This document shows, piece after piece, positions 52,019 to 64,000 of a DNA stretch of 64,000 nucleotides. The DNA is from Torpedo marmorata. Taxonomy: Eukaryota. The stretch covers positions 40,486,001 through 40,550,000 of the forward strand of contig OZ360245.1 of assembly GCA_977017645.1 (NCBI GenBank). Direction: 5' to 3'. The notes beneath the pieces were generated by a model. That model saw only the letters and a list, made by a program, of their open reading frames with translations, was not told the origin of the DNA and did no database searches. How positions within the stretch are numbered: position 1 is the stretch's first letter; each line of letters starts with the position of its first letter. A program made the translations under genes and the position numbers.

Positions 52019-53650
52019 TTTTTGATTTTGGATTTTACAATTTTTATCTTTCAAGTCCTATTTTATCTAATAATTTTTTTCAAACTTCTTTACATTACTT
52101 TGTCTTTCAGGAATGGCACAGAGTGGGTATTCAATGTTTTAAAGATCTTTTTATTGACAACAGCTTTGTATCATTCAAACAACTCTCTGAAAAGTTTAAT
52201 TTACCCAATACTCATTTCTTTAGATATTTGCAAATTAGGCATTTTCTTCAATCTCAGATTTCTGATTTATCTGGAGTTCCCAATGTAAACTTTGTGGATG
52301 TGTTTTTTGGTTTGCAGCCTTCTCGTAAAGTTTAATATCTATTATTTACGATAAGTTACTATGTTTAAGACAGGGCCCGTTATTTAAAATTAAAAATGCC
52401 TGGGAATGGGATTTAAGCCTTTCAATATCAGATGAAGTTTGGGATTTAATTTTTAAGTTGGTCAATAACTCATTGTTATGTGCTCGTCATTGTTTACGAC
52501 AATTTAATATAGGGCGTACATAGGGCGCACATGTCCAAAGCTAAATTATCTTGTTTTTATCCAGATATAAATTCTTGCTGTGATAGATGTAAGAGAGGAG
52601 AGGCTTCTTTAATTCATATGTTCTGGACTTGCCCTAGTCTGGAAAAATATGGGAGAGATGTCTTCCATACTTTTTCTTTAATTCTTGACATAAATTTAGA
52701 GCCGAATCCTTTGGTTGCTCTTTTCAGAACAACGGGAAAGGATGATGTTCTTTTGGCTTCAATTAAATTTTGAACTCTATCCTTTGCATCTCTCGGCTAG
52801 GTGAGCGATATTACTTAGATGGAAGGATGCTGCCCCGCCCACTCATGCTCATTGGCTGAGAGACATTATGTCATGTTTGAACTTAGAAAAGATTTGTTAT
52901 TCAATAGATAATTCAGGTATAAGATTTCAAATGCTGAGGGGGCCATTTATGAGTCATTTTCTTAGTCTTTAATATAATATAATACTTGACCTTTATTTTT
53001 TTTTCTCTGTTTTCATTTTAGTATTAAATATGCTTATTAACATACAATGTGGATAAAGTAGGGATGGGGTTTGGATTTCTCTTTACTTATCGGGATAAAA
53101 TTATCGAGGAACCCGCGGAGGCTGTGGGCTGCTGGAGACTGCTGTCGGGGGACTCACGACGGGCTGCGGACTGCTGGAGGTTGGCTCGAACTGGCTGGAG
53201 GAGTACCAGGTATCGGAACAGGGATGTGAGGGGGTGCCGAGGGCGAACTGACCGTGTTGGAGGTTCGGATCTAGAGCTCGGGATGCCGATCGTTTGGACT
53301 GGACTCTGTGTGGCTGCGGAAGCGCTGGAGGCGAATCTATGGACACTCGGTGACTCTGGGGGGACTCTCTTTTGCTTCTCTTACTCTGACTGTAAGGAAT
53401 GTTAGAGGCGCTTAGGCAATTTCTGCCGATGGCAAATCTGTCTGCCTTGCAGCAGGCAAAAAGAAATTTCGTGGTATATGACACTGTCTTATTACTGTGA
53501 CAATAAATTGAATCTTGATTTCTGTATCTTATTTTTTAATGATTGAATCTGTTATTTACACTTAACACTCCACAATTGCTTTTTGTACTTTTATGTTTTT
53601 TTTCTGCTTTAAAATCAAAATTAATAAAAATATTTTAAAAAGAAAAAAAT
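52019..53650 (+). mobile_element. Older L1-like LINE 3' fragment (different family) containing a nested retroposon
   Basis: FNLPNTHFFRYLQIRHF and CDRC..ASLIHMFWTCPSL; A-rich tail; 13-bp TSD atactgagacatc at 52006-52018 and 53651-53663. Confidence 0.9.
53105..53518 (+). mobile_element. 5'-truncated GC-rich retroposon copy inserted in the L1 3' UTR
   Basis: Matches 43675-44086; ends tgacaataaattgaatcttga. Confidence 0.87.
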
Positions 53651-53766
53651 ATACTGAGACATCAACATATTGCAGTTAAATCTGCAAGTGACCAGCAGTG
53701 ACCCAACTTGGAGAAGATAATACATAGCATGCTGAGTGCTTGGTGAAGTCAAGTAGGATTATGGAG

Positions 53767-56513
53767 TGTTATGGACCATGACTGACCATTTGGACTGCAG
53801 ACGGTCAGCAGGAAGGATGAAGTCTTTTGGAGTACACACTGGGACCAGGTACTGAAAGAGTTAACTTGCCCAGGACTTGGTGTATCCAGAGAGAGAGAGA
53901 GAGAGACAGGCTATGGAAAAGATACTTTGTTGCACTTTTGCAAAAGCAGGTGCAGACCTCTGCAAAAAGCAGGCAGTTTGGCTGGAGAACACAGCAAAAT
54001 CCAGGCTCGTGCATCCCAGAGAAAAAGGCTGGGAGAATAGCACATGGTCTCCTGTCTCAGAAAAATCCTGAGTTAAAGCAACTTTTGTGGAGAACAGGCG
54101 TGAGATCAGCGAGACCAGCTGTGAGATCCAAGTACACGCCTCAATCAGTGGTGTACTAAAATTAATTCAGATAAAAGTGAGATTTTGGCTTTATCTCAAG
54201 GGGATTATACTAGATGTAAAGAAGTTACGGACTTTAAATGGACTACAGAGAGTATTAAATATTTGGGAGTTAGAGTTGATACAAAATTAGAAAATTTGTA
54301 TAAATTAAATTATATACCTTTATTTATGAAAATAAAAAAAGATTTAGAGCTTTGGAAAGATTTACCTATAACTTTGATGGGAAGAGTAAATTGTATCAAA
54401 ATGAATGTTTTTCCAAGAATTCAATATCTTTTTCAATCGATTCCTTATGGTATTCCAAGTAAATTTTTTAAAGATTTAAAATTTGTTGTTAGGAAATTTT
54501 TATGGAAAGGAAAGTTGGCAAGAGTAAGTATAGATAAATTAACATGGAATTATGAGATGGGAGGGTTACAACTTCCCAATTTTCAACATTATTATAAAGT
54601 AGCTCAATTAAAATTTATTAATGAATTTTTTGATTTAAATAAATCTTCTGCTTGGATTAATATAGAATTGAATAATATAGGAGAAACACATAAAGAAGAT
54701 ATTATATATAAATGGAATTCTAAATTATTATTACTTAAAAAGAAAAATACACCAATTATTAAACATCTGTTGGAAATTTGGTCACAAGTAGACAAAGAGA
54801 TAGGTCAAAAGGGATTAATTTCTTTAAATACACCAATATATCAAAATCCGCTTTTACCATTTTCTATGGATAATCAGTTACTTAAGTTATGGTTTTAAAA
54901 GGGAATTAAGATTTTAAAAGATTGTTTTGAAGCAGGTAGATTTATCACTTTCCAGAGGTTAAAAGAAAAATTTAATATATTAGATAATACAATGTTAGTT
55001 TATTTTCAAGTTAAAGCTTTTTTGATTGAGAGATTAGGGAATGAATTAACAGTACCAAGACAAAATGAATTGGAATTATTAATTACTAAAGTCAATGTTA
55101 ATAAATTTATATCACAAATGTATAAACTGTTTCAAAGAAAGATGTCTAAAGTAGGAGTGCATAAGTCTAGATTGAAATGGGAATTGGATTTAAATGTTAA
55201 TATAGATGAAAATCACTGGAGAGATTTATGTAAATTAAGTATGACTAAAGTTATAAATGTGAGATACAGATTAGTACAATATAATTTTTTTCATCAATTA
55301 TATTTGACACCTAAAAAATTGAAGAAATTCAATCCAGCGTTATCAGATATGTGTTTTAGATGTAAAACTGAAATAGGTTCTTTTGTACACTGTACATGGT
55401 CATGTCCAAAAATTCAAGATTTTTGGTTGAAAGTTAAGAATTTTTTAGAAAGAATTTTGAATGTTGAAGTTACAATGGATCCTATGTTATTTTTATTTGG
55501 AGATATTAAAAAATTTAGTATTAGAAATAGATTAAATATGTATCAAGTAGAATTTTTACGAAAATATTAGCAGTTTCGAAAAAGTGTATAGCTATTACTT
55601 GGAAATCGGATGTTGATTTAAATCTAGAGCGATGGCATGCAGAGTTACGGTCATGTATACCATTAGAAAAAATTACTTATAATTTACGAAATAAATATCA
55701 TTCTTTTTTGAAAATTTGGGGCCCATATATGAGGATTATGGGTTTAACATTGTAAATTCTCTGGATATCAGATCCGCCGGCGAAATAACCTCTAAGGTAT
55801 ATTAGTTTTTAAGTTTATTGACTCCTCACTCTATTTTTCTATCTTTTCTTTTCTTTTTCTTTTATTATTTTACTTTAAAATTTAGAATAGGGGGATATAG
55901 GGGCTAGGGAGGGGAGGGAGGGGAGGGTGGGAAGGGGGGGGAGAAAATGTAATCACATGTATTTTTTAAGAATTATATGCAAAATTATTTTATGTAATGT
56001 GTGATTTAAAAATTTAAATAAAATATTTAAAAAAAAAAAAAATCAGTGGTGTACTGATTTGGAGTCGCAATCCTCGCGAATCTCTACCAAAAGGGAAAGT
56101 CATCAGAAAAACAAGCCAAGTATTCGTAAGCATAAACAGTCATTGTCTCTCTCCAACGTTCATTGAAAAGTCCTTCTACCAGCACACAGAGCTGAATTTG
56201 GAACCTGAACTTAGAGAGTGAATTTTTGTGGACTGTATTATTTTTATTTTTTTGACTGACTTGTTTTTATGACTGACCTGGGGTTTTTGGGGAAAGTTTT
56301 TCCATTTTTACATGAGGGTTGGGCACAGACTGTAATGGTCTGGGCTTTATACACACACACACATACCTTTTAGATAAGAATAGTGTTTATAGACGTTTAT
56401 AGTGGGGTTAATTGTTGTGAAATTATACGTTTAATTGTCTTTAATAAATATAAATTTCAATTTTACCCCTTTTGCATTGCGTCTTCTGTCGTTGCTGGTT
56501 CGATTTTGTAACA
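53767..56513 (+). mobile_element. Solo LTR (about 850 bp) interrupted by an L1
   Basis: TGTTA...TAACA termini, 4-bp TSD ggag at 53763-53766 and 56514-56517, AATAAA near 56443. Removing it restores colinearity with 50550-50826. Confidence 0.88.
54158..56040 (+). mobile_element. 5'-truncated L1/Tx1-like LINE
   Basis: ORFs 54185-54898 and 54992-55570 are homologous to 46268-48046; polyA; 15-bp TSD aatcagtggtgtact at 54143-54157 and 56041-56055. Confidence 0.96.
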
Positions 56514-57029
56514 GGAGTAATTCTTTATGGCCTATGTTACTTGAGGTCCACTGCACCTGTGGTGGATGTTTTTCAACCTGACACAGTACCAGTTAAACCA
56601 ACAGGTTTATCCGGAAATTGACAGAGTCTTGAGAAATTCTTGAAATCCAAATTATTGATCACCTCACCTGAATTTCCCATTCAAATATTTGCAAGCCCAG
56701 GTAAGAAAGTACAGTCTGAAGTCAACTTTGAGCAGTGGCATTCAGCTTAACATGAATTGTACCAGCAATGGAAATGGAAAGAGAGTTCTTCTTGAAAGCA
56801 GGTAACAAATAATTTAACTGGTGTTTGTTACTTCTTACCTTGGTCTTGGAAGAGGAGGAATCTCCCTTCCTCATTTTACCCCACTAAAGATTGCTCATAC
56901 TTATTGCTTTGTATCACTGCACCGTCCTAAAGGGGAACAAGTTAAAGCCATCACACAGATGAGTTAGTTCCCAAGTCCAACACTGCCTTCAGCAAGCTGA
57001 TGAAAGGTGTCGATGAATGGGCTATCAGG

Positions 57030-57990
57030 TAGCACAAACCTGTTCACTGATGCCTCGTTCTGGTTTGCCAGGATCACTTGGCTCCACTCCAAATGCGGAC
57101 CGACGCGCTGAATTCCAGAGGCAGTTGAGTGTTAGATACTCCGAGGCAATGTTTGAGTGAATGAGCCATGGCAAAAATGGAAATCAATGGGAAAACATTC
57201 CAATGGTTGGGACCACATATTGCACAAAGGCTGTGGTTGTTGGAGGTCCATCATCTCAGCTTCAGATCATCGTTTCATGAGTTATTCTGGGCCTTCCTAC
57301 TTACAGCTGCTTCAATCAGGTGCTCACTGATGACTGCATTTTGTTCAATTCCATTTGCAATCACCCACCACATGAAGCAGCCCAGGTCTGCTGCTGCTAA
57401 CCCAGGTAACGTTAAGGAATGGGCTGATGTGTGGAATGTAATATTCAAGCCACAAAAGTGCAAGGCATCATCCATCTCCAGTAAGAGAGAGTCTGAACCA
57501 TCTAACCTTGATACTGAATGTTTTTTTCATTGCTGAGGTTCCACCAACATCATGGAATTGATCAGAAATTCATTGGAAGCAATCACATTAATACTCCAGC
57601 TACAGTAGCAGGTTACAAGCTGGGGATCAGGAAGTGAGTGAATCACTTTTGCCATCCCAAAGTCCTTCCACCATCTACAAGGCACAGCAAGAGCAAGATG
57701 GAATACTCTCCACTTTCTGAGATGAGTGCAATACTAAAAGCACTTACGAAGCCTGACACAATCTGGTAGAAAACAGTTCACTTTATTGGCACCTTCCTCT
57801 CCATCCTAATTATTAATTTCCTTCACCACCATAGCACACAACTACAATAAGGGCCATCTGAAAAGGGTAGAGTTACCTGTGTTGGCTGCAATCACCATCC
57901 CTCCAAAACCATCACGAAGGACAGAGCAATGGGAACATCCATCCGGCAAGTCCACTCCAAGTCGCACATCTCTTGATTTGGAAATATATC
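57030..57990 (+). mobile_element. Highly degraded CR1/L2-type LINE remnant
   Basis: Residual EWADVWNVIFKPQKCKASSIS, ccatctacaaggcaca and gatggaatactctccact. Confidence 0.6.
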
Positions 57991-58613
57991 CCCAATCCTA
58001 AACCAGGGATCTAAATCCTGAAACTCCGCACCTCCAGCACAGTTACTGAGGGGTGTAACACTTTCATAAATATGGCTTGCAATCCAATATTCTGATTTTA
58101 TTAGGTATGCAACTTAATTTCGTTAAACTGGAAAGATTTTTTTGATTCGATTCAACTATCAATGTTTCATGATAGAAAACTTCTTTTATTATTCAGATAT
58201 TACAATATTACCAGCTCTGATGCATCCTACATTAAAGCGATACTATCTGCTTAATTGAATTTAATCAATTTCAAAGCTCACAAAGCTTTGCATCAAACTT
58301 AAAAATATTGCAGACATCCTGCTCCATATCTTTCTCAAAAATTATCAACAAGAGAGATTCTGGTGAAATCCCAGTAGAGCTTCACTACATGCATTTTTTT
58401 CCTGAAGCAAAATGCTTTTTACTGATCAAACTCTGACCACGGTAACAAAGTTAATTCTGAATTCCTGCAGACAACCTGTCAATTATTCCACGAGCCTTAA
58501 GCTTCTTTACTAGTCTTGCATGAAGAGCATTGTCAAATGTCTTTTGAAAATCCAAGCAAACTACATATATTAGATTTCACTAGCTGCTCCAACATAGATG
58601 CCTGCAGACTTGT

Positions 58614-58850
58614 AAAGGTTCCATTATTGTCACGTAATACTACATATAGAATGTAACATACATGAAATTCTTTAATTTTTGTCTACCGTAAGGCAGACTG
58701 AGAGTCGCTACTTTGTCCAGCGCCCCTCACAGAAACCTCCAGCATCTGGTGTTCCTTGGCGGTCTCCCCTCCAAGTACTGACCAGTCCTGTGCTTGCTTA
58801 GCTTCCGAGATCGGACAATCCCAGTCGTATTCAGGCTATTGGTGTGAGGC
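58614..58850 (-). mobile_element. 5S rRNA-derived SINE (SINE3 type) with LINE-like tail
   Basis: Minus 58850-58733 reads gcctcacacca..cctgaatacg..ccgatctcggaagctaagcaag..ctggtcagtacttggaggggagaccgcc..ggaacaccagatgctggaggttt, a full-length 5S-like head with A and C boxes, followed by a tail of about 120 nt ending tgacaataatggaacc. Confidence 0.9.
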
Positions 58851-59074
58851 GTGACCTATTGCTTCAAAACATGTTGATGACTGCCAAAGGATCTATGCTG
58901 TTTAAAAATTTATTTATTGCATGTTGCAGAATCCCTTCAACAATTTTACTGCCACAGACTAACTGGCCTGTAATCACCATATTTTTACTCATTTTGAATA
59001 TGGCAATCATAACCCATGGGGATTTCTTGTATTGCAAAACCCTCAAGAATATCAACTGAACCATCATTAATTGG

Positions 59075-59300
59075 AACGGTTAACATAGCAGTTAGTGCGA
59101 TGCTATTTCAATGCCAGTGACCCGGGTTCGAATCCGGCACTGTCTGAGGAGTTTGTATGTTCTCTCTGTGACCTGCATGGGTTTTCCCAGGGTGCTCTGG
59201 TTTCCTCCCACTCTCTAAAACATACAGGGTTGTAGGTAAATTGGGTGAAATTGGGCTGCACGGGTTTCAATGGCCGGGATCGGCTTCTACTGTGTTGTCA
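59075..59300 (+). mobile_element. tRNA-derived V-SINE
   Basis: B box gggttcgaatcc, V core and tail as in the sister copies. Confidence 0.8.
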
Positions 59301-59819
59301 AAAAAAAATCTTCCTCCAATTTTTTGAGAATTTTTAACTATGTAGTCTGGCTCCTTGTTTTTGAAATACACATTCTTTGTTAACTATTTTGTTAAGGGGT
59401 TATTTCACCTCATTTACCAATATTAGAAAATGCTCGGATTGTCTTTAAAAATGATGTATGGAATCCATTCAACACATATTTCATGTCCTAATCATCTAGA
59501 CTTGGCTTACTTATTTCATTATACATTCCTTTAACCTCTTTCTTATAACATATTCATAAGCCCACTTTTAGTAGGTTGCCATTTGCTCCACCTGTGGCCC
59601 ATTTCCGACTGTACTATTTATGTTAGTTATTGTCACACTAGTTCCAGAATTTGCATTCCCCAATACATGCCCTTCCACATTAAAGCCAAGTCTGTAACTT
59701 GCACAACAGTTAGTAAATCCAGGAGTTCACCAATGGACCTTCTGTGCTGTTCGGTAGCTAACCAGCTGTGTTAGATCAGCTCAGCTCATGAGGGAAACAA
59801 CTGCACTGCTGTAGCCTTA

Positions 59820-60200
59820 GGAGGAGAGGCTGGGCAGACTTGGCTTATACCCACTGGTGTTCAGAAGAGTTGGGGGACTTGAATAAAACATAAAAGATCC
59901 TGAGGGGTCTGAACAAGAGGATATTTCTTCCTTTTGGAAAATCTAGAATTAGAGACAAAAGGTTGCCCATTCAAGACAGAGGAAGACAATTTTTATTTCT
60001 CTCTGGGCCTTGTGAGTCTTTGGAGCTCTCTTCCACAAAGAGGGGAGGAAGCAGTTTGAATATGTTTAAAGTAGAGGTAGATTGATTCAATATAAGCAAG
60101 AGAGTGAAAGGTTACTGCAGGTAGACGAATGCAAAGTTGAGGTTACCATCTGATCCGCCATGATCTTATTAAATGACAGAGGTTAAACTCAAGAGGTCAA
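59820..60200 (+). mobile_element. Degraded CR1 3' end, target of the following L1
   Basis: gaggctgggcagacttggcttata, gtctttggagctctcttccacaaag and gccatgatcttattaaatg. Confidence 0.6.
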
Positions 60201-60207
60201 GTGGATA

Positions 60208-62020
60208 AAGAAGCAATTAAATATTTGGGAGTTAAAGTAGATACAAAATTGGAAAATGTATATAAATTAAATTATATACCTCTATTTCAGAAAATAAAGA
60301 AAGATTTGGAAAATTGGAAAGATTTACCTATAACCCTAATGGGAAGAGTGAATTGTATTAAAATGAATATCTTTCCAAGAGTTCAATACCTTTTTCAATC
60401 TATACCTTTTGGAATTCCTCAAAAATTTTTTAAAGATTTAAAAATCATTGTTAGAAAATTTTTATGGAAAGGAAAATTAGCAAGGGTAAGTATGGATAAA
60501 TTAACTTGGGAATATGAGATGGGTGGATTACAACTCCCCAATTTTCAATATTATTATAAGGCAGCACAATTAAAGTTTATTAATGAATTTTTTGATTTAA
60601 CTAAATCTACTGCTTGGATTAATATAGAATTGAATAATATAGGGGAAAGATATAAGGAAGATATTATTTATAAATGGAATTCTAAATTATTATTAGTTAA
60701 AAAGAAAAAATCACCGATTATTAAACATTTACTGGAAATCTGGACTCAGTTAGACAATGAGATAGGACGAAAAGGGTAATTATCTTTGAATATGCCATTG
60801 TATCAGAATTTATTGTTACCTTTTTCTATTGATAATCAATTTTTAAAACTATGGTTTCAAAAAGGAATTAAGAAGATTAAAGATTGTTTTGAGGCTGGAA
60901 GATTTGTTACATTCTCTAGGTTGAAAGAAAAATTTGGAATAATGGATAATACGATTTTGGCTTATTATCAGGTTAAAGGATTTTTAGTTGAGAAATTGGG
61001 GAATCAATTAATAACTCCTAGACAGGATGGATTAGAATTATTAATTACTAATGGAAATGTTAACAAGTTTATATCACAAATATATAGATTACTTCAGAGA
61101 AAGATGCCTAAGGTAGGATTGCATAAATCAAGATTAAATTGGGAATCAGATTTAAATATTAGTATAGATGAAAAACATTGGAAAGAATTATGTAAATTGA
61201 GTATGACCAAAATTATTAATGTTAGATATAGATTAGTACAATATAATTTTTTTCATCAATTATATTTAACACCTAAAAAATTAAAGAAATTTAATCCGGC
61301 ACTATCAGATATGTGTTTTAGATGTAGGGATGAAATAGGTTCTTTTGTACACTGTACATGGTCATGTTTAAAAATTCAAAATTTTTGGTCTAAAGTTAAG
61401 GATTTTTTGGATAGAATTTTTAATATTACGGTTCCAATGGACCCTATGTTATTTTTATTTGGAGATATTAAAAAATTTAGTATTAGAAATAGATTGAATA
61501 TGTATCAAATAGAATTTTTACGAATTGTTTTAGCGGTTTCAAAAAAATGTATCGCTGTTACTTGGAAATCAGATTTAGATTTGAGTTTAGATAGATTACA
61601 TGCAGAATTACGTTCTTGTATACCATTGGAAAAAATTACATATAATTTACGTGATAAATATCATTTCTTTTTGAAAATTTGGAGCCCATATATGAGAATT
61701 ATGGGTATGAATTAATTCTCTAGAAGTTGGTATCGCTGGCAAAAATAACCTCCAATATATAAATAGAATTAGCTTGTAATTTGTTTTCTCCTCACTTTAA
61801 CTCTTTAATTCTTTATTATTCAACTCTTTTCTTTTTTTTTTCTTTATAACTAACATTCTTTTTTTTTTCTTCTTTTTTTTTTAGAATAGTGCTGGGGGGG
61901 TTGGGGAGGGGAGGGTGGGGGGGGGGAGGTAATATATCACATGTATTTTAAATGATATACTATTTTTGATTAATGTATTTTGTGATTTTAAAATTTAAAT
62001 AAAATTATAAAAAAAAAAAA
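60208..62020 (+). mobile_element. 5'-truncated L1/Tx1-like LINE
   Basis: ORFs 60201-60779 and 60786-61715; polyA; 17-bp TSD aagaggtcaagtggata at 60191-60207 and 62021-62037. Confidence 0.96.
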
Positions 62021-62894
62021 AAGAGGTCAAGTGGATATTTTAGCAGGTATTTGTTTTTACTTCCTCAAAAACTGTCTCTGCTTCATCCATTTAACTTGCG
62101 TGTTCAAGCCCTTGTAATTATGAATTTACTATTTTCCAGAGCCTGCCTTTTCTGACAAAATTGTTTTTTTTTATCCAGCTGCTAACCTTGTACTGCTGGT
62201 CTGTAGTGGTTACATGTAATACTTGGCTTCCTATGATCCCTTTAAAGCTGTTCTTGTACCATTTCACCCTCATCCCCTTTTGGTGCCATATCTATTATTC
62301 CGATGCTGTTATATTAGGCCATTTTACCCTCTTATCCCGAGTCCTTCTGGAAGACATGTATCAATACCACATCATTTCATATCCTTCTCGTAACTATACC
62401 CACGATTTCTATGGTTGTTACATTACTGATAATAACCTTCTGTACCAATGCCCACCCTTTTGGAAGTTGCTTTGCCATTTTGTCTGGGCTTCAGTTAGGA
62501 TGCAATTATAGTATTGTGATTTCAAGTTTGCACAAGAGGTTTGCATATACTTTCTTGGATAATCTTTATATTAAGATTTCCTGTGCTTTCAGAGTTTGAC
62601 ACAAACGTTCCCGTGGTTCTATATCAATGGGAGATTTTGGAATATCAGGCTTTGAACAATATACCAAAAGAGATTTTTCTGGTCATTTATCTCATGGCTG
62701 TTGAGGGATGTGGCTATGTTTAAATTGACTATTGCATTGCTCTACTTTACAAAAGTGGCTTCTTTTTAAAAGGGCATAACCATCAATAATGTAACTTTAA
62801 ACATCCTGAAATCAAGTAAAACACAAACACAGTTGTAAGCTTGCTTTCCTTTTCTCCTTATTTTCATTCTGGCAGGGACACATTTCATTTTTAA

Positions 62895-63132
62895 AATTTA
62901 GATGTACAGCACGGAAACAGGCCTTTCCGGTCCACGAGCCCATGCCACCCAAATACCCCAATTAACCTACACGCCCGTACATTTTGAAGGGTGGGAGGAA
63001 ACCGGAGCATCCGGAAGAAACACTGGCAGAAACGGGGAGAACGTACAAACTCCTAACAGACAGCGGCGGATACAAACTCTGGTCGCTAACGCTGTAATAG
63101 CGTAGTGCTGACCGCTACGCTAATTATGCCGC
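62895..63132 (-). mobile_element. tRNA-derived V-SINE
   Basis: Homologous to 3828-4063 and 36535-36786. Confidence 0.85.
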
Positions 63133-64000
63133 ATCCTATATCTTGCACATCATTAGTCCTCATGAGCCAAGAACCCTCAACTAATACCCTCCCTCTGTGC
63201 CACCACTGCTGCTATGCATTTATATATCTAATCAATTGCTCTTCTTCACATCTGGAACATTGCTCCATGTACGAGGTAATTAATTTAAAACTTACTTCTC
63301 TCAGTACCTGCTGCCAAATTTCCACCCTGATTTTCCAATGTTGTTGTCAATGCGGATGCAAATGATCTCATTTGTTTTAACAAACCTCAAATTTGTCCAC
63401 TTCTACCCTCCTCCACATATTAATGTGTTTTAAATTGCAAATTAATCATGACACTCCTTTGAATTTTTTCCAAAACTTGAGTACCAACATATAATTTTAT
63501 CCAAATTTGGAGAATAATGCCCAACTAATATCTTGCTCAAAGACAAAATAGTACATTAATATGTAGTATATTAGTGCAAAATAGTAATACACCTAGGGAA
63601 CCACAAAATGGAAAAAGAAATGAGGTGTAATAAAAGTGTACATTCAATCTGTACAACTGAGGAAAGCAGGAAGCAATGCCTCTAAGCATGCATTGTAGTG
63701 GTGAAATTCAAAGGTTGGAGAGGCCCTACATAATTTATTGTCAGAGATGGGTAAATGTCTTAGAGCTGCCCAGATGTCCAGCTCTTCAAACACTGCAACA
63801 TTTTAAAAAAACCTGGCAGTCATTCAGCGGCAGAGTCTCTTCCAAAAATTCTCCCTACTCTTTCCCGTGTGGCGCATGTTGCTGCAGTAATAGCTATGAC
63901 ATGTCTAATTGTATGAGATGATGAAAAGCCTGACATCTGAAGATTGAGATGCCAAAAGATCAATTCATGTTAGCATGGATTTTCAAATTGGCACCTTTCA

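Noticed and set aside
58733-58850. Functional 5S rRNA gene
   Set aside because: Many substitutions, no tandem array, no clean T-run terminator, and fused to a retroposon tail.
43130-64000. Upstream stx1a exons (Habc domain, e.g. HSTLSRKFVEVM...)
   Set aside because: No matching minus-strand sequence found by eye. The intron appears to extend past the window end, although a missed exon cannot be excluded.

Overview
Vertebrate genomic DNA, almost certainly a cartilaginous fish (HE1/V-type tRNA-SINEs with CR1 tails, abundant CR1, AT-rich L1/Tx1-like LINEs, Rex1/Babar-like LINE, Penelope remnants). The window holds the 3' half of a minus-strand syntaxin-1A gene: exons equivalent to mammalian 7 (43056-43129), 8 (34398-34535), 9 (30009-30119) and the terminal transmembrane exon 10 (12149-12229). 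The upstream exons were not recognised here. Main observation: the gene carries a second C-terminal cassette that the ORF track does not show. It consists of a 111-nt duplicate of exon 9 (30195-30305, [37 protein letters not shown]), 75 nt upstream of the canonical one, and an alternative TM terminal exon (19507-19584, KMIFIGICIAIVLLVIIIALAVSLS*). Both look syntaxin-2-like, and RBFOX motifs sit where they would favour the canonical pair in neurons. The introns contain nested transposons with readable TSDs, a 5S-rRNA-derived SINE and a GC-rich non-coding retroposon that share a 3' tail, and palindromic Penelope-end elements with hammerhead-like cores. All identifications are by eye and from recalled family sequences; no searches were run.
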